DNA of 64,000 nucleotides from Giardia intestinalis (lineage: Eukaryota). Shown in pieces: positions 57,401 through 64,000 of this stretch. Both the position numbers and the translations under genes were made by a program. The DNA lies in NCBI GenBank assembly GCA_000002435.2, contig CM018792.1; one strand, given 5' to 3'. Each line of letters starts with the position of its first letter. Positions within the stretch are counted from its first letter, which is position 1. The notes beneath the pieces were generated by a model. The model searched no databases. It saw nothing but the letters and a program-made list of their open reading frames with translations, and was not told the origin of the DNA.

Positions 57401-60400
57401 ACTCAAAGATAAGCTAGACAAGGCAATAGACGAAGCGTCTACTCTAACTTCTAAACTTGCTAGTTCTGAAGAAGACAATGCAAAGACCGAAGCAAAATTT
57501 GCAAATTTGTCTAAAGAACGGAATTCTTTATTTAAGGAGCTCTCAACGGTATCTAAAGAGCTCTCAGACCTCAAGTTGGCCAATGCATCTCTCGAGAAGG
57601 ACGCGCAACTTGCACAGCAAAAGCTCAAAGAAGCTAATGTTTCAAAGAAATCGCTGGAGCAGAGCAGTAGCAACTCTTCCAAGAAAATAGCAAGTCTCTC
57701 AAGCGCGAAGACGTCTCTCGAGAAACAGCTATCCACCGCCAACGCGCACATCTCTGACTTGGAAAGTCAACTAACCGCGTTAGAGAAAAGAGATTCCGAA
57801 GCAAAGCAGGTCCTGTTAGCAAAGGAGAAAAACATTACTGAAGCAAACCGTAGTGTCTCCCAATTAAAACGCCAGCTTAAGGATATAAGGGCAGATAACG
57901 AAACAGCTCAAAACAACGTTATTGCGCTTACAAAAGAACTGACGTCTCTTCAGCTTTTGAAGGACCAGACGGACGCCACAGTGGCAAAGCTTACTAAAGC
58001 TGTTGCAGACGAAAGGGAGAAGAATGAAAGCTTGAGCAAACAACTGAATGAGGCAAATGGGCAAATATCTACTTTACAGAGTGCTCAAGACAGCATAGAG
58101 CTAGCACGTCTGTCAGCTACTGATAGAGTTGAAGCGCTTCTTTCGGAGAACAAAGGCCTCGGTGAACTAATAACAGACCTCAAGACTATAATATCGAGAA
58201 CCCAAAACATGCTCCAGGAAATGACCGATGAGAAAAATAACGCACTCGAAAGGTTAAAGCAAGCTGATAGCAAGATTGCCACATATGCACTCGATCAACA
58301 GACAACTAAAGCATCTGTGGATCAGCTCCGAGCAGATCTCAGTACGATGGAGGGAGCAAACAGGCAGCTTCAAAAAGATATTGTTATCCAGACAGAGCTC
58401 TGTGAGGACCTCGAAAGAAAAAATAACCAATTGAGCAAACAAATTTCTGAGTTGATAAAATGTCAAGCTGCGTTAGAAGAGCAATTACAAAGCAAGGATG
58501 CAGCTTTCACTGAAGAGCAATCGGCACGAGATGCTCTTCAGCGCGAATTGTCTTTGGCCGACAAAAGGTATCAAGATCTTCAAGAGGAGCACGTGGAGCT
58601 AAAGCAGGCGCTTGCAAATAAAAGGATTGACATTGAGCAGATGAGTAACTCCAAACTGTCTGCTGATGCAGCTCTCCAAAAAGCTATGGAGAAATGTTCT
58701 GCGCTTCAGGCAGAGGTAACCCTAGGCCAGAAGAGTATCGAATCAATGGCTCAGCATATTAGGGTGCTTGAGAATGAGATAGACAGACTTAAAGAAAAGA
58801 ATGCAAGCATATTTGGAAGCTTGTCACAAGCCGAGGCGTCAAGTGAAAGCTTAGAACGAGAGCTCAAGGCAGCTAAAAGGAAAATTGCAGAGCTCGAGGA
58901 GCATGGTCTGGAGGTCGAGCAGGGACAAGAGCGCATATTTAAGGGCTTGCAAACGGTTACAGGAGAAAAAGATGTTATTGAGCGGAGGCTCAAGGAAAAA
59001 ACGCAATTAGCTGAAGAGCAACATGCAGAGCTGGAGGCCTTGAAAAAAGCACTTGCAGCTAGCAACGAGCTAAATACGGATTTAACCTCCAATTCTGAAA
59101 GTAGTGTTAAAAGCATTCAGCAGCTCTCTAGACAATTAGCCGAATCCCAAGGAGAAATTGCAGGACTGAAGCGAGGTGCAGAGCTGACTGCTCGTAGGTT
59201 GTCAGAGCTGGAGGCCTTATGCGATGACCAGGCAAAGGTAATTTCGGTGAAAACTAGTACTACTACTGAGCTACAGACGGAAAGGGACCTTCTTTTTAAA
59301 AAGTTGGCTGCATGCACAGCTGCATCCACAGAGATCGAAGACACTTTAACAACGATGCAGAAAGAATACTCGGATCAATCCAGAAAGCTTATGGAGCTAG
59401 AGGCAGATAACTTGACTCTTCAAAGAACCGTCTCATCCTCTGAAAAAGCTATCGAAGATCTTAACGTAGCTCTTATGGCTGCAAACCAAGCTGCAGACGA
59501 AAGTGGAAGGAAGATTTTAGACTTGGAAGGAAGACGCGAGATTTTAGAGCGTTCGCTGGCACATGTCAACAAGCGGAATACAAGCTTAGAGGCGGAAAAG
59601 GAGCAACTAGCCAAGAATTTAATTGAGGCAAATCGATGTATGACCGATGCCGAGCTCGAGCGAAACACCCTCACAAGGGAGAATGCGTCTCTTCGAGCTG
59701 CAGCTGCTGAGCTAGAAGGAAAGCTATCGACGTCTGCCACAGCATTAGCCGGGAAGACTGCTGCCGTACTAGATTTGGAAAATCAAGTTGAACTGCTGAC
59801 TCATGAGCGTTCGGACCTAATGGCTTTGAAATTAGAACTTGAAGCCGAGCGAGATTCACTGCAGGTACGTGTAAAGATGCATGCAGAGACCATTGTGGAG
59901 ATGGAGAAAAGCAAGGCCGATACTGAGCAGCTTCTAGTCACTACAAACACTAAGCTTGTTGAGCAGGAAATGGCCTTTCAAACAGCTGAGAGAACACTAA
60001 AGACTCTGAAGGAGAAAGTTAGATTGACGAAACAGGAAAAGACTGCAGCTCTCTCAATTCAGGCAGATCTCAAAAGTGAAATTGCAACTCTTTCAGAGAC
60101 TATTAAGACATTAGAAGATACCGTCAACAGCCTTACCAAGCAGATATCAGAGCGTGATCGTGATAATGAAAGCCTTCGAACAGTTGCCAACGGGCATAGA
60201 TCGAACGAAGAAAAAGCTCTGGAAGAGGTTGAGCGGCAACGGAATATTATTCTCGACTATCAGCAGCAAGTGAGCCAAGCAAGCCTTGAGCAATTGGCAC
60301 TGACACAAAAGATCGACCAGGAAAAGAAAAAGGTTGTTGATGCCATGGCATCTAAGGAAGGACTACAAGATGACCTTCAGGCCCTTCAGAAACGCTATTC

Positions 60401-62453
60401 TGAACTCGAAACAGAGTATGATGCCATAAAAAAGGCACTAGCTAGTAATAACGCTACAATGGAGAAGCTAACGCTTCAGTGCAGTAGCTTGACTGCTGAA
60501 TTAAGTACTTTGAAACTACAATATAATAGCACACGCGTTGAACTGGAATCAGCCCAGATGTTAGTAGAAGCAACAAAAAAGGGTTCTGCGTCTTTGCAGG
60601 GAGAAATAGACAAGCTCACACGTGATCTTCAACAGGCAAACGAAGCGAATTCTCAGCTACGTGCTGAGCAGAACGTCCTTCAGCAGTCCTTGGACAACGC
60701 CAATGCAAGCCTCAACGCCCTTGTCACTCAGGGCGAGACTTTGTCCAGGGCCACTGCAGATAGCAATAAGAAACTCCACGACTATATGAGCGAACTTACT
60801 TTGAAGAATAACGAGGTTGACTCTCTTAAGAGATTACTAGCTCGGAAAGAAGCAGATCTTGAGGAGGTGCATACCCGCATAACTAGTAAGATAGAGGAGA
60901 TAAGTCAGTTGTATTCAGATAAGGAACAGGCAGAGGCACAGATCTGTGTGCTGCTTTCGGAAAACTCTGATCTGAAAATGTCAATAAGTGCCTTAACTTC
61001 TACTTTAGACTCCCAAAAACAACTTGTGAAGGATTTAGAAGGAGAGCTTATCTCGGCTCATGGTGAGTTAAAGAATACCTCTTCTGAAGTAGGACGACTG
61101 GAGCTGGAGCTTCAAAATCTCAGAGGCGATAATAAAGATAGCCATAATCGAATAGAAACACTCAATCAGCAAATGATATCTTATGACAAACAGATGGCTA
61201 GCATAGCAGAAGAAAAAGAGGGTCTTCTGAAGTTAGTTTCCCAGCTTAAGTTGACAATCAATGAACTCACGTTAGCAAAACAAGAGCTTGGCGCTAGCTT
61301 AGCCACTGAAAAGATGGCATCTCTAAAACTGGCATCTGAAAATGATGACCTGCTAAAGCGCTTAGAGTCCGGGCGGGCTGCCTATGAAGAGCTATCTGCA
61401 GAACACAAGAGTCTATTAGAAAGATACCATACTTTGAACTCTATGAAGGAGTTAGCAAATACCGAGCTAAATGCTTTAAGAAGCACAGCAAATATGTCAA
61501 AAGCGGACATAGATAAATTCTCTGCAGAGTACGAGCGATTCAGAGCCAAAGCGTCACAAGATCGGGCGGTTATCGTAAAGCTGCAAAGTGACCTTGAGAA
61601 GCTAGAGAGTAAGAATAAGTTCTTACTCGATGAAAAAACTCAGTGCACAAAGATTATAAAGAATCTAAACAAGGACATTGTAGACTTAAAGCTGCAATTG
61701 CATTCGCTTGACCAGTCCAAGGAAAGTGCTACTCGCAAGCTCTCCGTGCTCGGAACTGATAAGGAAGCTCTCATCAAGGAGGTTGATAGCCTTAGGAAGC
61801 AGACCTGTGATCAAGAGCATTTGATCCACGAACTCCAGAAACAATCTAAGGAGACTGAACGTCTTAAAGAAGACCTTGCACATATGAATACGACAATGGG
61901 AGAATTTGCAGATATGTATGCAGTAACGATTAATAAATATGCGGATGCCATGCGTCACCATGATGATATCTCCAAATTCATGCCGAAATACAATACATAC
62001 ATGTCTGACGCCGGGCTGATGACGGATGCACGTCTTCGACATTTCCTAGAAAACAATAAGGCGCTTCTAGATGAAAAGGCATTAGTCGAACGCAAATTCA
62101 AGCGACTAAGCGAATATGTCAATTATATCAAGGCCGAATTAGTCAACACAGACATGAAATATTTGGCATGGATCCAGCACAAAACAGCTGTGTTCAATAG
62201 GTCCGTGGCAAATGCTCGGCCTACTTCTCGACCTGACTTCATGACCAAAAGAATTGACGAGCAGGCTCGGCGGCTCTCGACAGCCTTGGAACCAACAGAT
62301 TTCAGCGCATCCGATGAAATGAACATTGAGCGGGCATCGATTGATAGAGCTTCATTGGCTAAGCAGCTACAGGCCTGTGATATTAAGTATGACGCGACTC
62401 GCACTGCTCAATATGATCATTACCCATCACGTCCGAGTAGCCAAAACAACTAA
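54477..62453 (+). CDS. Giant ankyrin-repeat plus coiled-coil protein (2658 aa, GASP-180-like architecture).
   Basis: True ATG at 54477 with ccaaaaaactgATG upstream. The N-terminal roughly 330 aa hold ANK repeats (DGNTALLYAISSSNMQLISYL; GWNALMFAAYFDNHDAVKLFL; ATALLIAATRGHAGCVSLL; RTAMMYLV; KTALMYAAENNNADAVQLLL; YTALMIAASRGYSDIVLQLL; VTALMLAVRYNQIEAARLL). An uninterrupted coiled coil of about 2300 aa follows (E/K/L/Q-rich heptads). Confidence 0.85.
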   Translation: MAETWFAAAKKADYGTIRSLGSKYFKVHNESDDGNTALLYAISSSNMQLISYLAPHEVRETNIFGWNALMFAAYFDNHDAVKLFLNDEKGMQTREEYKGIPAGATALLIAATRGHAGCVSLLYPMEQSTSGWNDLFLAAFTHNAALVARTISLVSTRDALGRTAMMYLVMFPRHSTLVLLEECIGYLAQAQQGAIDACTKTALMYAAENNNADAVQLLLQLTTLEARKQMETKDEYTALMIAASRGYSDIVLQLLPKEAGIVTSNGVTALMLAVRYNQIEAARLLKDAEAEFQTSGPFDVFSPAATAFSIAQYYHRQELLSLLGAGSLQLTNTEENITTEDSARLVQSPKGVTASSALAFQQKSYMQSPTTEDARVATMISPIFNSNIDISRPTPTNHSKEEPQDNDQLVLTDTQTVAILSNTEALERLKETNQDLATRVFTMQRSMQLESIEQQNTIDKLDIELSLTRQRQTELESKLKLAEEKITMYKDYSQQAYKHNESLSKKYAELKESHDSLVKENAQLSDSLASLKSEKASLETVHKDLAVLFDELQRQIKADKSAADSHITKYSNEVLALQQDLSETKQALAAAQAAAHSKDQVASSVTEELSQLKPRYQDLTREISDLRAKYEEAVTHSNTIQQENNLLKDNFDKATSSLTSLKEENICMQKRLAEAEAINAELHTTVTDLNKAKISQTLECEKLSEQTAGMEDQVQGLQHSLHKATSEVESLNSRLAEQTLESQNLRASIDQLQKDLVSLANEKDILQTQLCADQERLAITRSELSAARQKALALEETLDVRSSDHKTLEANFQRVQSQVVEQTELTQKAESAKAALEIKLGLIEQQLLETQRGANTGQHDLAALRSELQIAAKKNECLETRTAELETAADNLSKEKATLVAKLQDITEERESLKEQLNAFSFQLEQLQSDKSALEHQVSDLLAVISQEQETQVSLKKQIIEAGRRSAELDEEVLRLKDKLDKAIDEASTLTSKLASSEEDNAKTEAKFANLSKERNSLFKELSTVSKELSDLKLANASLEKDAQLAQQKLKEANVSKKSLEQSSSNSSKKIASLSSAKTSLEKQLSTANAHISDLESQLTALEKRDSEAKQVLLAKEKNITEANRSVSQLKRQLKDIRADNETAQNNVIALTKELTSLQLLKDQTDATVAKLTKAVADEREKNESLSKQLNEANGQISTLQSAQDSIELARLSATDRVEALLSENKGLGELITDLKTIISRTQNMLQEMTDEKNNALERLKQADSKIATYALDQQTTKASVDQLRADLSTMEGANRQLQKDIVIQTELCEDLERKNNQLSKQISELIKCQAALEEQLQSKDAAFTEEQSARDALQRELSLADKRYQDLQEEHVELKQALANKRIDIEQMSNSKLSADAALQKAMEKCSALQAEVTLGQKSIESMAQHIRVLENEIDRLKEKNASIFGSLSQAEASSESLERELKAAKRKIAELEEHGLEVEQGQERIFKGLQTVTGEKDVIERRLKEKTQLAEEQHAELEALKKALAASNELNTDLTSNSESSVKSIQQLSRQLAESQGEIAGLKRGAELTARRLSELEALCDDQAKVISVKTSTTTELQTERDLLFKKLAACTAASTEIEDTLTTMQKEYSDQSRKLMELEADNLTLQRTVSSSEKAIEDLNVALMAANQAADESGRKILDLEGRREILERSLAHVNKRNTSLEAEKEQLAKNLIEANRCMTDAELERNTLTRENASLRAAAAELEGKLSTSATALAGKTAAVLDLENQVELLTHERSDLMALKLELEAERDSLQVRVKMHAETIVEMEKSKADTEQLLVTTNTKLVEQEMAFQTAERTLKTLKEKVRLTKQEKTAALSIQADLKSEIATLSETIKTLEDTVNSLTKQISERDRDNESLRTVANGHRSNEEKALEEVERQRNIILDYQQQVSQASLEQLALTQKIDQEKKKVVDAMASKEGLQDDLQALQKRYSELETEYDAIKKALASNNATMEKLTLQCSSLTAELSTLKLQYNSTRVELESAQMLVEATKKGSASLQGEIDKLTRDLQQANEANSQLRAEQNVLQQSLDNANASLNALVTQGETLSRATADSNKKLHDYMSELTLKNNEVDSLKRLLARKEADLEEVHTRITSKIEEISQLYSDKEQAEAQICVLLSENSDLKMSISALTSTLDSQKQLVKDLEGELISAHGELKNTSSEVGRLELELQNLRGDNKDSHNRIETLNQQMISYDKQMASIAEEKEGLLKLVSQLKLTINELTLAKQELGASLATEKMASLKLASENDDLLKRLESGRAAYEELSAEHKSLLERYHTLNSMKELANTELNALRSTANMSKADIDKFSAEYERFRAKASQDRAVIVKLQSDLEKLESKNKFLLDEKTQCTKIIKNLNKDIVDLKLQLHSLDQSKESATRKLSVLGTDKEALIKEVDSLRKQTCDQEHLIHELQKQSKETERLKEDLAHMNTTMGEFADMYAVTINKYADAMRHHDDISKFMPKYNTYMSDAGLMTDARLRHFLENNKALLDEKALVERKFKRLSEYVNYIKAELVNTDMKYLAWIQHKTAVFNRSVANARPTSRPDFMTKRIDEQARRLSTALEPTDFSASDEMNIERASIDRASLAKQLQACDIKYDATRTAQYDHYPSRPSSQNN

Positions 62454-62479
62454 TTGCCAGAAGAGACCAGCTATTCAGT

Positions 62480-64000
62480 TCACATACCAATCGTGCGACT
62501 CAGGAGGTCATCTGCGCTCTCCAAGCGTTGTCTTGCCTTCTCTATACATTCGCATGATGCCCCTACTTCATTTCGAATTGACACCAGAGCTTCGGTAGAG
62601 CTCCTTAATCTGCTCTCTAATCCGTGTATTGTGGTTTCACTCTCCTGCTTGAAATTCATTAGAGAAGACTCTGCCTCTGCCAATTGTCTTCTCAGCGACT
62701 TGATCTCCTCGTTACCACCCTCGCGCATAGACTTTAGTTCCATGGACATTATTCTCAGGCTTTCTTCTGAACTTGCATTCTTGGTCATTAGTAGCTTCAT
62801 TTCTTCCTGAAGCGCATCATACTCCTGCAGCAAACACTCTGTTTTGGCTTCTAGTTCGCGCTTTTCTCTTGTAAGTACCTCATTATCTGACACTAATCGC
62901 TGGTGTTTTATCTCAAGAGTTTGTAGAGACGTTCCTTGTTCCAGAAGCTGTCTCTCTTTGAAGCTTAACTCAGCTGTTGAGACGCTTATGTCCTTTTGCA
63001 GATGATCTACTTTATTTTCTAGCAGGGCATTCTCCGTTTTCAATGCTGAAACCTGGGACTCCAAATCATCCATCACTTGCAGTTGTGCTCTAAGATCTTC
63101 TAGTTCCTCCTCCCTACGCTTTATACTAGTGTTGTTACGTAAGTCCTCCTGATCCTTGGCTTGGCGAAGGGCCTGCACCTCTTCCTGAGCTGCGTGGAGC
63201 TGCTTCGTTGTAAGGTCTAAATCGGCTGTTAATTTAGATATCTGTTCGCTAAGAAGCATATTCTGCCTTCTTTCCTTTTGAACAGATTCCTTGTAAACTA
63301 AAACTTTATTCCTAAGCTCAGAAAACTTTGCGTCAAAAACTCGTGTCTCTTGTAGGTTCTTGTCCAATTCATCTAAAAGCGTCGACTCTGCTCCTGCATT
63401 TGAACCACCCTGTACTTTATTATCAAATTGGCAGATGGACGATTTCAGTAACGTTAGTTCGCCCTCCAAGGCTGTCAGTGTCTTATTAAGGGAACTATCT
63501 GAATGTACGTTTGATTGTCCGCTCTGTCCAGTTGCTCCAGGTGTTCGGAGCAATGAAAGAATGCTTTCTATAGCCTTTAGACGATTGTTTGTCTCTTCTA
63601 GTTTAGAAATAATAAATCCATCCTGCTGGGTATGTGTCGAGTTTTGATTAAAAGTTCGGTGTTCCGGGGACGTTAGAATGGCATCCTCAGCGACTCTGTG
63701 TTGTTTGAGGATAGCATTTTCACGCTCTAGCTCGCTAATCTTCTGTTGCAGCCCCAAGAGTTCTAAATTACTATTTAGCGCTCCCTGAGCATTGTCAATA
63801 GACAGCTGAGAGTTTGAGCCAAGAGATGCCTTGAAAGCAGCGCCTGTTGTGTCCACCGTTGATCCACTAATGAGATCATTTATAAACAAATCGGGATGCT
63901 TGAGGACCTCTCGTTGTCGAAGAGCTATTAACATCGAGGAGATTTGTTGCACTAGGCCTTCATGTACAGACAACTTAGTTGTAATGTCATCTATTTTCTG
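62480..64000 (-). CDS. Coiled-coil protein, 5'-truncated by the window edge.
   Basis: The track start 63973 is TTG. The frame stays open upstream (…QKIDDITTKLSVHEG) to position 64000, so the true start lies outside the window. Heptad-rich (ELERENAILKQHRV...). Confidence 0.55.
   Translation of the reverse strand, partial: QKIDDITTKLSVHEGLVQQISSMLIALRQREVLKHPDLFINDLISGSTVDTTGAAFKASLGSNSQLSIDNAQGALNSNLELLGLQQKISELERENAILKQHRVAEDAILTSPEHRTFNQNSTHTQQDGFIISKLEETNNRLKAIESILSLLRTPGATGQSGQSNVHSDSSLNKTLTALEGELTLLKSSICQFDNKVQGGSNAGAESTLLDELDKNLQETRVFDAKFSELRNKVLVYKESVQKERRQNMLLSEQISKLTADLDLTTKQLHAAQEEVQALRQAKDQEDLRNNTSIKRREEELEDLRAQLQVMDDLESQVSALKTENALLENKVDHLQKDISVSTAELSFKERQLLEQGTSLQTLEIKHQRLVSDNEVLTREKRELEAKTECLLQEYDALQEEMKLLMTKNASSEESLRIMSMELKSMREGGNEEIKSLRRQLAEAESSLMNFKQESETTIHGLESRLRSSTEALVSIRNEVGASCECIEKARQRLESADDLLSRTIGM

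Noticed and set aside
54477-62453. Possibility that the 2658-aa ORF is an assembly-collapsed tandem repeat.
   Set aside because: Reading through the coiled coil, I did not see exact long nucleotide repeats. The heptad sequence is degenerate and varied throughout, which is consistent with a genuine long coiled coil.
1-64000. CRISPR arrays, IS elements, transposons, rRNA and tRNA genes.
   Set aside because: No direct-repeat/spacer periodicity, no terminal inverted repeats flanking a transposase-like ORF, no rRNA-like conserved stretches, and no tRNA cloverleaf candidates noticed by eye in the few intergenic regions. The locus is eukaryotic (protist) in character.

Overview
The window reads as a compact, apparently intron-less protist nuclear locus, and the content points to Giardia (diplomonad). 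The evidence is a variant-specific surface protein (VSP) gene (33821..35776) with many CXXC motifs, two GGCY motifs, and a C-terminal transmembrane helix ending in the invariant CRGKA tail. It is followed 11 nt after the stop by an AGTGAAT (AGTRAAY-type) polyadenylation motif. Other Giardia hallmarks are ankyrin-plus-coiled-coil 'protein 21.1 / GASP-180-like' genes, very large coiled-coil proteins, 7-60 bp intergenic spacers, and short AT-rich initiator elements immediately 5' of each ATG.

Genes I can recognise:
- DNA polymerase epsilon catalytic subunit (36204..43976)
- A 2633-aa PI3K-related kinase (PIKK) with a C-terminal FATC-like tail (23686..31587)
- XRN-type 5'-3' exoribonuclease
- DExD-box RNA helicase
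- Histidine acid phosphatase
- GT8 glycogenin-like glycosyltransferase
- LST8-like WD40 protein
- Pirh2/RCHY1-like CHY+RING E3 ligase
- GPN-loop GTPase
- Rhomboid/derlin-superfamily membrane protein
- APC10/DOC-domain ORF
- A 2658-aa ankyrin-plus-coiled-coil giant protein

The supplied ORF track translates GTG/TTG/CTG as start codons. I re-derived starts at the first in-frame ATG that is preceded by an AT-rich initiator.

Observations most worth follow-up:
1. A tandem array of four paralogous lineage-specific cysteine-rich genes (8844-12646).
2. Two sharply bounded GC-rich islands (about 30.6-33.9 kb and 44.3-52.6 kb, roughly 65-72% G+C by eye, against roughly 35-45% elsewhere). Their boundaries cut through ORFs.
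3. A VSP whose 5' end is disrupted by a -1 frameshift in a G/C run and has no ATG.
4. Head-to-head gene pairs whose CAT and ATG are separated by only 7-25 bp of AT-rich sequence.
5. A DOC-domain ORF with no usable ATG.

No rRNA, tRNA, CRISPR array or transposon was recognisable.
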